64,000 nucleotides of DNA from an uncultured virus (IMG/VR IMGVR_UViG_3300020048_000119) (Duplodnaviria; Heunggongvirae; Uroviricota; Caudoviricetes). Shown piece by piece: positions 38,840 through 47,953 of this stretch. Position 1 is the stretch's first letter; each line of letters begins with the position of its first letter. Position numbers and translations under genes: made by a program. The notes below the pieces were generated by a model. That model had not been told where the DNA came from. It was given only the letters and a program-made list of their open reading frames with translations, and ran no database searches. The stretch spans positions 1 to 64,000 of the IMG/VR virus record IMGVR_UViG_3300020048_000119. The stretch is one strand, 5' to 3'.

Positions 38840-39601
38840 CTATCTGTCAAGGTATGATTCTATGAGCAGAACCATGTGCTCTGGATTATGATATGCTCTA
38901 TCTTGATAGATCAAACCAGTAATGTCTTCGAGTGTATGATAGCACCCGGGCCACGACCAGTTTATGCATTTATCCTCGCAGAGAGCAAAGAAGTCGTTGT
39001 TATCAATCAGTGTGTCGCGATAGAACTCTGTCTTACACTCGAGATACCATTTAATGAACGACTGAATGAGGTAGTGCAGTACATCAGGTTTGTTGAACGC
39101 ACTATCTGTATAACTCAATCCATAGTACTCAAACGCATTGACTTGATCAAACATCGCTTCATCATAGTTAGGCTGGTAGATTGCAGTCCCATGACTCTCA
39201 AACGATATGACATACTTCTCAGCATGACGTAAGTTCTCGAGCAGCATGTAGCCCTGTATCTCTGATAGTATCTCAACCATGTCACTAGTATTGTGCGCTG
39301 GTACATCGAACCACATATCATTCACAGTAGATGTCGGCATCCACATATAGTTAATACCGGCATCATTGAACATCTCAGTAGCTAGGTCTATGTCATCGAT
39401 CAGATTGAACGCTAGCTGTGTGAAATGCCTCATGGTCGTATCATCTACTATTATTGCAGTCCCATTACTATCCACTGCAATGTACGCAGTAGTAGCTGGG
39501 GGCGCGAGGTGGCCGGCCTCATATCTTTTCTGCTTCGTATGTAGCTGGGCAATAGCAATCAATATCTCTTTGCCCTTGTCTCGTCTAACGTTGTCACTCA
39601 T
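38840..39601 (-). CDS. Hypothetical protein
   Basis: Start moved to MSDNV, which follows GGAGGGG. Confidence 0.7.
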   Translation of the reverse strand: MSDNVRRDKGKEILIAIAQLHTKQKRYEAGHLAPPATTAYIAVDSNGTAIIVDDTTMRHFTQLAFNLIDDIDLATEMFNDAGINYMWMPTSTVNDMWFDVPAHNTSDMVEILSEIQGYMLLENLRHAEKYVISFESHGTAIYQPNYDEAMFDQVNAFEYYGLSYTDSAFNKPDVLHYLIQSFIKWYLECKTEFYRDTLIDNNDFFALCEDKCINWSWPGCYHTLEDITGLIYQDRAYHNPEHMVLLIESYLDR

Positions 39602-39896
39602 GTCGTTCCCCTCCATCCAATTCAGTAGATAGCTTCTGAAGCTCTTCAAGCATTACAAAGATACAATTCGAAACCTCAGTATGCCATAGCTCCAGCTGGT
39701 AAGGCCTGCCTTTAACTAAGATAGTCAACGTAGTAACATCCGTACCAATAGCGTCTTCAAGCGCTTTGGCCTGCTTCTTAGCTAGCTGATAAGCTGTTTG
39801 ATCGAGATCAACACATTGCTCAAGGACATCAGATATAGCTTTGTTAACCTGTTCAGTACGCTTGGCTTTTAGTTCATCAATAGTTACGATTGCCAT
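39594..39896 (-). CDS. Hypothetical protein
   Basis: RBS GAAAGGAG; first gene after promoter copy 2. Confidence 0.7.
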   Translation of the reverse strand: MAIVTIDELKAKRTEQVNKAISDVLEQCVDLDQTAYQLAKKQAKALEDAIGTDVTTLTILVKGRPYQLELWHTEVSNCIFVMLEELQKLSTELDGGERHE

Positions 39897-39959
39897 TCAT
39901 TTCAACTCCTTTCATATTCGAGCGGACTACCCACTTGAGAGCAGTATCCCTCTCATTAT

Positions 39960-39990
39960 ATAATATAACAAATAGCACGGTGTGTAAGCC
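39960..39990 (-). promoter_or_regulatory. Phage promoter family A, copy 2
   Basis: GG-CTTACA-N17-TATTAT. Confidence 0.7.
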
Positions 39991-40047
39991 TATTTTATAT
40001 AATAGGAACGACACCGTACTACTTTAAGAGCTGATATTAACTTATAC

Positions 40048-40432
40048 TTATTCGCCAGTCGCATCCTTTAACATGCGTTCGATCCTACTATACAGCTGAT
40101 AGTTGGCATCATCTTCGTGCTGGCCACTAGGCTTTAGTAGATCGAGGAGTAGCTGGGTCTCTGCCTTAAAAAGGGTCAACTGCATTGGGGGTCCCCACGA
40201 CTTATAAAGGCAGTCGTCGTGCTTACATGCATACAGTTGATGATAGCCATCATCGCCATCACAGTACCAGTCTTTGCAGCTTAGCTGGTCACACACATAA
40301 GTGATGTCTAAGTCGTCAATGGCATGGTAGCCAGCCTCGGGGTCACGCTCCTTATAAGACTCCATGAGCTTCTCCTCTTCGCAGCGATTGTACTCTTGCA
40401 CCGAGCCGAATATGCGTTCAGTATCTTCCAGT
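40048..40432 (-). CDS. Hypothetical protein (start lost in the assembly gap)
   Basis: Open frame after the N gap; Cys-containing and acidic. Confidence 0.5.
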
Positions 40433-40442
40433 NNNNNNNNNN
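40433..40442. other. Assembly gap (10 N)
   Basis: Run of N. Confidence 1.
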
Positions 40443-40701
40443 CTTCATAGTTAGTGCATATAAATGCACCACCTTGGAATGTAGTCTCTGACCCATCCAT
40501 CCACACAACTGTCACACGTTCACTAGTGGCCCAATACATCTTTTGCACCGGGCCTGAGTATTCAAAGATAACAGCGGCGCCAGAAAAGACTGTGATGTCG
40601 TAGGTCCTAGGCGGGCCATCGCCACAACCTGTAAAGCCGATCGCAATGATTAGCAATGCAATGATCACAGCAATGAATGGCCATCTGCTAGGCTTAATCA
40701 T
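40443..40701 (-). CDS. Putative lipoprotein (end in the gap)
   Basis: RBS AAGGAGG; signal MIKPSRWPFIAVIIALLIIAIGFTG-C resembling a lipobox. Confidence 0.6.
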
Positions 40702-41392
40702 TGTCTTCCTCCTTCTTGGGCAGTCCCATGTATTCACGCCAATCAGCAATTTGCTGTTGAAGCTGCTGGTATAGATCATATCTAGTAGATCTGTGGCTAA
40801 GCTTTTGTGTAGACATGAGCTCAACTATCCACTCAAGGTCATCAATGGTGATAGGCGGTAGAGCCCAGACAGCTTTGCGCCTGTTCTCAAAAGAGCTTAG
40901 GGCCTCGGGCGTTTCAGCATCCTCGACTTCAGGGTGGATACATTGCTCGTGTAAGCAGCGAAGGTCAAGGTGTACTAGGTGGTAAGCATCAAGCGCTTTG
41001 TCATGGACTATATAGTCGTCGCAGCCACACTTCTCGCAATGGTCAAGCACATGCTCTTCAGCAATCTGTCGCAGCTCAGGGGCTGGGTCTAGGTAGGCAT
41101 CCGGCATATATTTGTCATAGAACTCACGGACTGTGAAGTCTGTCAATAGCTCACAGAACTCACGGGCTACATCCCCACCCTCTTCAACGTACTCAGTGTA
41201 GAGTGATCTAAGCGGTGTAGAGTGCTGGTCTTGCGGGCATTCATCTAGCGATATGATGGTCCACTCTTCACCATCTACTGTGATGTAATCGTATACGTAT
41301 TGATGACCGTCAGTGGCCTTGCAAATGCCGTATCCCATGGACTCCGTCATATTCAGCCACTTGAACTTACGTTCAGCAAACTCTTTAGCCAT
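40694..41392 (-). CDS. Hypothetical acidic protein
   Basis: RBS GGAGGAG; long ORF within the operon. Confidence 0.7.
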   Translation of the reverse strand: MAKEFAERKFKWLNMTESMGYGICKATDGHQYVYDYITVDGEEWTIISLDECPQDQHSTPLRSLYTEYVEEGGDVAREFCELLTDFTVREFYDKYMPDAYLDPAPELRQIAEEHVLDHCEKCGCDDYIVHDKALDAYHLVHLDLRCLHEQCIHPEVEDAETPEALSSFENRRKAVWALPPITIDDLEWIVELMSTQKLSHRSTRYDLYQQLQQQIADWREYMGLPKKEEDND

Positions 41393-41792
41393 TGTCTATC
41401 TCCTCCAATACATCATCAGGCTCATCGTCCCATTGAGACTCTGACCATATCCAAGACCATGCACCTATAGCGTACACATGCACAGGCTCACCATCCATCC
41501 AGATATCATATCCCTTGTATATCTCCCAGCCACTGTCTTCATTGTCTTCGTCTATTTGCTCATTGCAGTGGTCATCCCAGTCGTCTTGCATGAAGAACTC
41601 ATACTGGTCTGCTGCTTGGTTGTATTGCGCAGGGTATCCTTCAGCTCTGTTTGAGTAGAATGCTACAACTTTGTCAGCCTCTTCTTTAGTGAACCTTGGG
41701 CATTCCCAGCCATTCCAGTGCGCATCATCAGTTATGCATAGTACAGACTTTGTGGCGTCGTCTATGTCTACAAACATTTTTCTCCAAGCCAT
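41385..41792 (-). CDS. Hypothetical acidic, Trp-rich protein
   Basis: WNGWECPRFT and YAIGAWSWIW motifs; start moved to MAWRK. Confidence 0.7.
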   Translation of the reverse strand: MAWRKMFVDIDDATKSVLCITDDAHWNGWECPRFTKEEADKVVAFYSNRAEGYPAQYNQAADQYEFFMQDDWDDHCNEQIDEDNEDSGWEIYKGYDIWMDGEPVHVYAIGAWSWIWSESQWDDEPDDVLEEIDNG

Positions 41793-41793
41793 G

Positions 41794-42171
41794 TTAATCC
41801 CTCGCTTTCTTAAATGGCAGTGGGCACCTATCATAGATATCACAGGTGTCGCAGTCATGCTCATGCTCTTCATAATGCTTATCTTCTTTGTCAGGCACAT
41901 CACCAATCTTCTCATCACATGCTTCATTGAACGCCTGCATCAGCTTCACGTTCACATCAGTGAGGATATCATTGGCCTCTTCCTCAGTATAGTGTAGTGC
42001 GATCATGAGCATCTTCTTACTGGCCTGCAGTTCATTAGTGTAGGCCCAGAATGATTCGCTCATAGTCTGAACAAGTGCACCAATAGTCATTTTGCGGTAG
42101 CCTGCTGGATCAGCTTCTTTCATTTGTCGCTGCTGTTCACTCATAGCTTCGCGGATCTCATCTAACGTCAT
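41794..42171 (-). CDS. Hypothetical protein with a C-terminal Cys cluster
   Basis: RBS GAGGAG; CDTC....RCP. Confidence 0.65.
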   Translation of the reverse strand: MTLDEIREAMSEQQRQMKEADPAGYRKMTIGALVQTMSESFWAYTNELQASKKMLMIALHYTEEEANDILTDVNVKLMQAFNEACDEKIGDVPDKEDKHYEEHEHDCDTCDIYDRCPLPFKKARD

Positions 42172-42188
42172 TTCAGTCTCCTCCTCTT

Positions 42189-42428
42189 TTACCTACCGTC
42201 AATGCGGTATTTAGCTTCACGGGCTTGGTCATATAATAGGTCAGGGTCTGGTCCTCTTGGAATGTCAGGTTCAATAAACTCTTGAGTAAGCAGTAAAGTA
42301 ACTTCGGCACCACAGTTAGCACACTGATAATCTACTGCTCCTTCAACTAGTGCGCCATCATCATAGATGTTTGACAAATCTACTTTATTTTCTTTTTCGC
42401 AGTTTGGACATTTCACAGCTACTGACAT
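42189..42428 (-). CDS. Zn-ribbon protein
   Basis: CPNC...CANC; start MSVAVK after GGAGG. Confidence 0.6.
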   Translation of the reverse strand: MSVAVKCPNCEKENKVDLSNIYDDGALVEGAVDYQCANCGAEVTLLLTQEFIEPDIPRGPDPDLLYDQAREAKYRIDGR

Positions 42429-42625
42429 GGGTAAAACCTCCCTCCGGTCTTGGCATACCACATTTGTGGCAGCACTCAGTGATAACTGGTCTTTTGTAGC
42501 CTACAGCATTGTAGTTATTAATCCAATGACAGTTCGGGCAAACCTCAAATCTAGCAAAGCCGAGGAGCTTATGTAGGTTAACGCTTGAGTCTAAGCTAAC
42601 CTCAAGGCTGCCTTTCAGCGTCTGC

Positions 42626-43168
42626 TCACTCATGATGCTCACACTCGCATCCTTCACCCGCGTGCTTTAACTGGAACATAAGTGATGCACCAATATGCCA
42701 CTCTGCACTGCATGCGGGACACGTAACTTCATCGCCTTGCAGTATCTTTATCTCACAGTTGTCGATCTCAACATATGCTTCAACCGGCATGGCAGTGGCA
42801 CATATAGGACATGGGCCCTTTGTGATAACCTCAAGCGCACCAATGAGATGCTGGTTGTCATACAGCCATGCTGTGTACTCTTCGAAGATTAGCACTGGAG
42901 TGGTTTCTTCCAGCTGTTTAATGTTTGCTACATCTTCGTCATCTTCTGGAGGCATGGACATTACTGAGTAGTTGCAAAGATGTTCGTCGTAAGACATACC
43001 CAGTTCTGTTGGATACTTTGGCATGGTGTTTACATTTGCATCTTGGACTGCTACCATTATAGCATCAGCCTTCTCCATTGTCTGCTGCTGGTTAAATGTT
43101 CTGCCAAACCTCTCAGCTGACTTTTTGATTGTGATGTCATCGACTATGGTGTAGATCGTGTTGTTCAT
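42626..43168 (-). CDS. Zn-ribbon-containing hypothetical protein
   Basis: RBS GAAAGGAG; CPIC...CPAC. Confidence 0.7.
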   Translation of the reverse strand: MNNTIYTIVDDITIKKSAERFGRTFNQQQTMEKADAIMVAVQDANVNTMPKYPTELGMSYDEHLCNYSVMSMPPEDDEDVANIKQLEETTPVLIFEEYTAWLYDNQHLIGALEVITKGPCPICATAMPVEAYVEIDNCEIKILQGDEVTCPACSAEWHIGASLMFQLKHAGEGCECEHHE

Positions 43169-43241
43169 AGTTGGCTCCTTTCAGTTTCCGTTTATTATAC
43201 AGTCAGAGAGCGAGAATTTAACTGTCTCACTCTCTAATTAT

Positions 43242-43272
43242 ATTATACTAAGTAATACGCGGTATGTATGCC
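43242..43272 (-). promoter_or_regulatory. Phage promoter family A, copy 3
   Basis: GG-CATACA-N17-TATAAT. Confidence 0.75.
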
Positions 43273-43298
43273 TTTTTCTATAAGTCGGAACAGCGCCG

Positions 43299-43433
43299 CT
43301 ACTTATTTCTTTTACCAAAGAAGTAGCTAAACAGCATGCGGGGACGAGCAATTAGTGGAACACGGAACTTACATAAAAGGCCCCAGAATTCCAGTGGACT
43401 GTTAACGATTATGACAGTGGTTGGCTTACTCAT
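43299..43433 (-). CDS. 44-aa protein (not in the ORF track)
   Basis: RBS GAGGAG; MSKPTTVIIVNSPLEFWGLL... Confidence 0.45.
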   Translation of the reverse strand: MSKPTTVIIVNSPLEFWGLLCKFRVPLIARPRMLFSYFFGKRNK

Positions 43434-43899
43434 GCGGTGTCTCCTCTACTAACTCGAACTCATAGACCCATACATATGGGTTAGTCTGCCAGCACTTGGA
43501 TGCCTGCTTACCAAACCTACTGTCCCAACTTACTCTGGCTTGTATTAGGTTAGGTTGACCTTCTGCAGCAACATCTTTAGCTGACATATCTTGGATACGC
43601 TGTGCACGTACTTTAGTGATCTTTAACTTGACCTCAGGGTGACCTACTGCATAAGTTATCTCATCTACATCATACGGCAGGTCCCAGAAGAACACGCCTA
43701 CTGGCTCGCAGTGTAGCTTAGCTATAAGCATAGGGCTGGCATCATCATCAGGCTCAAGGGTACCCGGCTCTAAGCAGCCAGGCATTGGGTTTACAAGCTC
43801 TCTAATGTCCTGCCAATTACGGATAGGAAAGCGTATCTGTGTACGACCCGTAAAGCGAGCTTCATAGATCATGGCAGGTGGCATATTTATTGACTTCAT
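43426..43899 (-). CDS. ASCH/PUA-like phage protein
   Basis: LKIT.VR.QRIQD....DV.AEG...WD.......W..NPYVWVYEF motif. Confidence 0.65.
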   Translation of the reverse strand: MKSINMPPAMIYEARFTGRTQIRFPIRNWQDIRELVNPMPGCLEPGTLEPDDDASPMLIAKLHCEPVGVFFWDLPYDVDEITYAVGHPEVKLKITKVRAQRIQDMSAKDVAAEGQPNLIQARVSWDSRFGKQASKCWQTNPYVWVYEFELVEETPHE

Positions 43900-44099
43900 T
43901 GCTGGCCACCAGCCTTTAGGTATTTGTAGTAGGCATCATCAAGCATATCAAGCAGCTGCATAGCATGTTCGCTAAAGAACCTAGCTACTGCCTGTCTAGC
44001 TATTTCCTCCATCTCGCTATCACCTATGACTATGGCTGTGGCCCAAATTTGCTTAAGCCTTTGGATCTCATCGTGCATCTCTTTAGCGGATTTTGTCAT
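43896..44099 (-). CDS. Hypothetical protein
   Basis: Coupled to both neighbours by ATGA overlaps. Confidence 0.6.
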   Translation of the reverse strand: MTKSAKEMHDEIQRLKQIWATAIVIGDSEMEEIARQAVARFFSEHAMQLLDMLDDAYYKYLKAGGQQ

Positions 44100-44737
44100 C
44101 TTGATCCCTCCTCATTTAAGATTGGATCAGCATACTCTTCCTCATAGTCGTCGAAGCGCTTAAGAATCTCGTTAAGCACATCTTTGAATGTGTCATCGTA
44201 TACTGGTATAAAACGCTCTTTGTCTACGCCCGTCTGTGGACGATACTTAGCCTTTAATGACTCGTAGATTGTTTCCTGTAGGAACTCGGGGCTCAGGCCT
44301 TTTTCTTCCCACTCGACGAATGGTGCCTTCAGCCATATACTTAGCTCCTCTGGAATATCTACTGTAGTCTTGGTGGCTATCATAACCTTAGGCTTAACAA
44401 CAGTTGGCGCCTCTGCATAAAAGGCAAGTAAAGATGCTGTGTCTGATAAAGGCTTAACCTTTACTGCAGCGGTTGGTGTACGCAAGCCTCTAGCCTCTAG
44501 CACTGCATAAAGCTCCTGGATCTCATGGAGCTCAGTGTAATCAAAGGACGCACCTGAGTATCCTGACGTTGCTTCTACTTGCTTTTTAAGTGTGTGGTAT
44601 CTTGCGTTTATCTTTTCACAGGTCCTGCAAATACGGTATCTGCCTCCTGTACCTTTCTCTATGCTGTAGGTGTAGGGGCGGAATTCCTCCGCCTCCTTTA
44701 ACAACCCACACTGCACGCAACGTTTCATTTCTGACAT
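44096..44737 (-). CDS. Zn-finger hypothetical protein
   Basis: KRCVQCG..K...EF...CRTC at the N-terminus; RBS AGGAGG. Confidence 0.7.
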   Translation of the reverse strand: MSEMKRCVQCGLLKEAEEFRPYTYSIEKGTGGRYRICRTCEKINARYHTLKKQVEATSGYSGASFDYTELHEIQELYAVLEARGLRTPTAAVKVKPLSDTASLLAFYAEAPTVVKPKVMIATKTTVDIPEELSIWLKAPFVEWEEKGLSPEFLQETIYESLKAKYRPQTGVDKERFIPVYDDTFKDVLNEILKRFDDYEEEYADPILNEEGSR

Positions 44738-44901
44738 AAAGTCCTCCTATCTGTACTTCCAGGTCTCGGTTCTTTTCTTCGTTCAAAGACTCTGCGATCC
44801 ACATAGACTTCAAAGTCTGCCGGATGCTCCTCACATAATGTGCACTGTATATCATCAGAGTCTCTGAACTCCTCTGGCACAGGCACATATACATCCGCCA
44901 T
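44725..44901 (-). CDS. 58-aa protein (not in the ORF track)
   Basis: TAATG coupling; MADVYVPVPEEF...CTLC...LCQK*. Confidence 0.4.
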   Translation of the reverse strand: MADVYVPVPEEFRDSDDIQCTLCEEHPADFEVYVDRRVFERRKEPRPGSTDRRTLCQK

Positions 44902-45074
44902 TAGATTGCGCTGATCGTGACTGTGAAGCCACTTGATAGTCCGTGCTGTTTAACAATCTCTTTATTCAAGTAGATTACAGCACCTGCAAGTCTTTCATCG
45001 TCAGTGTCAGCAGCAAACTTAGTTGTATTCTTTGTGTCTTTTTCTGGTTTGTAGTTGATAATTAGAGCGTCCAT
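44901..45074 (-). CDS. 57-aa protein (not in the ORF track)
   Basis: RBS GAAGGAG; MDALIINYKPEKDTKNTTKF... Confidence 0.6.
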   Translation of the reverse strand: MDALIINYKPEKDTKNTTKFAADTDDERLAGAVIYLNKEIVKQHGLSSGFTVTISAI

Positions 45075-45086
45075 TTCAGTCTCCTT

Positions 45087-45407
45087 CTACTTCTTAAACG
45101 ATAACTTCTTTTTCTGGGCGAGGTTACATTCTTTGCAGTCTCTACGAATTCGCTTTACGCCATGACCATCAGTGTAATGGTAGAAATGATCTACTGATTT
45201 GTCTTGGCCACAGACGACACAATGTAGAGTAGCTTCGGGCTCGGGTTGTTTTAGCACTGAGTAGAGGCCTAATACCTTGGTTGAATACTTGTCGAAATGA
45301 GTTTGGCATACGTTTGCCCATGGACCCATTTTAGTCTGGGTATCATACAGGGCTGGAGCCTTACAGAAATCACATTTTGTTTTGACCATCGTCATGCTGA
45401 TATGCAC
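45087..45407 (-). CDS. Double Zn-finger protein
   Basis: CDFC..A.YD..T..GPWA.VC..H and CVVCG..K....F...CKEC. Confidence 0.7.
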   Translation of the reverse strand: MHISMTMVKTKCDFCKAPALYDTQTKMGPWANVCQTHFDKYSTKVLGLYSVLKQPEPEATLHCVVCGQDKSVDHFYHYTDGHGVKRIRRDCKECNLAQKKKLSFKK

Positions 45408-45423
45408 CTCACATTCTAATAAT

Positions 45424-45454
45424 ATTATACTGCAATTTACACGGTGTGTAAGCC
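45424..45454 (-). promoter_or_regulatory. Phage promoter family A, copy 4
   Basis: GG-CTTACA-N17-TATAAT. Confidence 0.75.
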
Positions 45455-45471
45455 GTTTCTTAAAAACTACT

Positions 45472-45699
45472 CTACCTGATTTCTTTCAGGAGATCCGGCA
45501 TAAAGTCTTCGTCGATCATGGCCTGCACCATATCAGAATATGTTAGACGGTCGTCACCTACATCAGTAGCTAGCTCATGCCAGTCTATTAAAAGGTCGGT
45601 GAGCATTTCTTTTGTGAAGTTGTACTTATCATGCAGCACATATGCGAGCTGTCTAAACACTATAAAAGGAACATTTGATTCGGGCATCTTATCTGGCAT
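45472..45699 (-). CDS. Hypothetical protein
   Basis: Start MPDK after AAGGAGG. Confidence 0.6.
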   Translation of the reverse strand: MPDKMPESNVPFIVFRQLAYVLHDKYNFTKEMLTDLLIDWHELATDVGDDRLTYSDMVQAMIDEDFMPDLLKEIR

Positions 45700-46123
45700 G
45701 GTAGCCTCCTTCAGTAACACGTGCAATAGCTTTGTTTATTTTTCCGTAGATCTCTGGCATTGTGCCTTCACGCAGTATGTCTACTAACCCAATGGTGTAA
45801 TCATAGTCTTGACGAGAGGCTACTTCCTGCTCTTCAATGTAGTTCCGCATCTCAGTCAACAAATCTCTAGTGGCCACTGGTTCTATGCTTTTAAGACCGA
45901 ATGAACCGCTTAACTTATGACCTACTAGTGCAGTTAGTCTGATGCTGAAGTCATATATGTCTCCTGGCATTAGGTTAATATTAACTAAGTTGGATACTAC
46001 ATATGGCACTTGGTCCTGTATATACCTTACCCAGTGTTCAGCGCTAAACTCAACACCTTCATGCACTATTTTTAAGTCTTTAATATCCACCGGTGTCAAC
46101 CCCCGCGAATTCGCCAGCAACAT
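45689..46123 (-). CDS. Hypothetical protein (start uncertain)
   Basis: Fills the operon gap. Confidence 0.55.
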   Translation of the reverse strand: MLLANSRGLTPVDIKDLKIVHEGVEFSAEHWVRYIQDQVPYVVSNLVNINLMPGDIYDFSIRLTALVGHKLSGSFGLKSIEPVATRDLLTEMRNYIEEQEVASRQDYDYTIGLVDILREGTMPEIYGKINKAIARVTEGGYHAR

Positions 46124-47069
46124 ATAGCTGCGTAAAGTGTTGCCTGTTATTGCATGCCCATACTTTATCTGTCATTTCTGCATCGCCGGCTTTTGTATTT
46201 GCTGTTAGCAGCGTGTCAATAGTTGCAGAGATACCATCAGCACGATTTATGATGTGGGCTTCTATAAATTTAGGAACTACTGGGCTGCCATACTCTAGGA
46301 CACCGTGATGGCTAACGATGATGTGCTCTAGCATGTTTATCTTATGGAAGAACTGTGGATCGGTAATAGACTCCCTACTTGCATAATGTCTGGCACATTC
46401 TCGCAACATGCTCACACCTTCTACAATGTGATCTACCAGGTGGCCTATCTCAGTGTAATCTATGACCGGCCCTGTCATCTTATAGACTCTTGCTTTACCT
46501 ATGTCATGCAGTAGCGCACCCGCCTTCACTAAATCGCCACTGATATTCGCAGCAGGGTAACTTTTAACAATGTCTGACCCAATGTTAAAGACTTCGATAG
46601 AATGCACTACATTACCGCCCATACCTACATGGTGTACACCAGAGGCTGATGGTGCTAGGTATATTTCATCAGCATATCTATCGTAGACAAAAGCTGTGAA
46701 ACTCATCAGTTGTTGATCCTCTATTTGCAGTAGTGCTTTGGCCACTGCTATTTCTAGATCCTTACGTGAGACACCGATGTTCTTCATAAAAGGTGTCAAG
46801 TCTTGATCTAGAGATAATGTCATTCTGTTTATGTTGAGTTGCGGTTTATTTTGGTATTCGCTAACTATGGCCGATACTTCGTAGACCTTATTCTTTTCAG
46901 GCATGACATTGGCGATATTATAGTCCCACCATTTGCCTTCTATTGTGTCAGTACCATCTGTAAATACTGCTGACAAGAAGTTCTTCTTAGTAACGGTCTT
47001 TCTAACATCTGCCTCTACCAGTGGTAGGCGTACAATTATTGCTTCTCCATTTTTGAAATCACTGATCAT
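46080..47069 (-). CDS. yhaM: YhaM/Cbf1-like 3'-5' exonuclease (OB fold plus HD domain)
   Basis: OB fold (DGTDTIEGKWWD...EYQNKPQL), HH...GG...HS, LLHDIGK, H.IVSHHG.LEYGSP. Confidence 0.85.
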   Translation of the reverse strand: MISDFKNGEAIIVRLPLVEADVRKTVTKKNFLSAVFTDGTDTIEGKWWDYNIANVMPEKNKVYEVSAIVSEYQNKPQLNINRMTLSLDQDLTPFMKNIGVSRKDLEIAVAKALLQIEDQQLMSFTAFVYDRYADEIYLAPSASGVHHVGMGGNVVHSIEVFNIGSDIVKSYPAANISGDLVKAGALLHDIGKARVYKMTGPVIDYTEIGHLVDHIVEGVSMLRECARHYASRESITDPQFFHKINMLEHIIVSHHGVLEYGSPVVPKFIEAHIINRADGISATIDTLLTANTKAGDAEMTDKVWACNNRQHFTQLYVAGEFAGVDTGGY

Positions 47070-47368
47070 TATCGTTCTCCTTCTATTTCAATTAATCTTG
47101 CTGAATGGCAGGAAGGACATGTAGGTCTTACACCATCTCTTAGCTTTATCCAGTGTGACCTATCACAGTTTCTGCAGTTCATTAAATGCAGTACCACTGG
47201 CTTTGGTATATGCTTCCCATTAACATAATGGTCGCATACCTTGTAGTCCACCCTAGTTAGACGAATACCTTTTAATGGAATGTTGTTGCCGTGTTTATCT
47301 ACATACGGCACGCCGTTAATTAAACCGACTAAACATTCTGGACATAACTTAACATCTACTCTTACCAC
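47069..47368 (-). CDS. Zn-ribbon protein
   Basis: RBS AGGAGG; several CxxC pairs. Confidence 0.6.
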   Translation of the reverse strand: MVRVDVKLCPECLVGLINGVPYVDKHGNNIPLKGIRLTRVDYKVCDHYVNGKHIPKPVVLHLMNCRNCDRSHWIKLRDGVRPTCPSCHSARLIEIEGER

Positions 47369-47378
47369 TGCTTTCCTC

Positions 47379-47525
47379 CTATTTAGACTGCTGTTTTTGA
47401 AAACGTTGATAAACTGCTAGCACTTGTGCATCGGACATCTTTTTAACTTTCTGCGTCCACTTGAATGTTCCCTTGTACATCTTGCATAGTTCCTCTCGCA
47501 TCGCTACGACCGTTAAACTCGCCAT
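47379..47525 (-). CDS. 48-aa protein (not in the ORF track)
   Basis: RBS AAGGAGGTG; MASLTVVAMREEL...WTQKVKKMSDAQVLAVYQR... Confidence 0.6.
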   Translation of the reverse strand: MASLTVVAMREELCKMYKGTFKWTQKVKKMSDAQVLAVYQRFQKQQSK

Positions 47526-47757
47526 CTTGCACCTCCTTAGGTATATCTGATTGTAGAATCCCTTTGATTAAGTGAGCATAGTTTGGTATATGACACTTTG
47601 GGCACTGATACCAGTTGCGTCTTTTACCTACGTCCTGCAGCTTTACATAGACACGTCTAGCCTCTCTACTGGTACATAGCTTGAAAGTCTCTTCATTCCA
47701 CTCACCAGCACTTGATATCTTCTTACATGCAGGACATTTAAACCATTTGAATAACAT
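47443..47757 (-). CDS. Zn-ribbon protein
   Basis: RBS AGGAGGAG; CPAC...CPKC. Confidence 0.6.
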   Translation of the reverse strand: MLFKWFKCPACKKISSAGEWNEETFKLCTSREARRVYVKLQDVGKRRNWYQCPKCHIPNYAHLIKGILQSDIPKEVQDGEFNGRSDARGTMQDVQGNIQVDAES

Positions 47758-47785
47758 CAGTCTCCTCCTTGTATATGGCCTATAC

Positions 47786-47953
47786 TCAATCCTTTGCGTA
47801 GGTTATAGCTATACCTATAGCGTACCACATAACTAATGCGAACGCTAAGAGCTTTGCTACTATTGGTATGGGTATAGTGCCTATTGTTGCGATCGCAAGC
47901 ACTATTGCTAATACTGCGAATAGTACCCACATTGTTGATAAGAATTTAATCAT
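47786..47953 (-). CDS. 55-aa two-TM membrane protein (not in the ORF track)
   Basis: MIKFLSTMWVLFAVLAIVLAIATIGTIPIPIVAKLLAFALVMWYAIGIAITYAKD*. Confidence 0.55.
   Translation of the reverse strand: MIKFLSTMWVLFAVLAIVLAIATIGTIPIPIVAKLLAFALVMWYAIGIAITYAKD

Noticed and set aside
40048..40824. Single 258-aa ORF in the track
   Set aside because: It reads through 10 Ns and its start overlaps the upstream gene; it is better explained as two genes.
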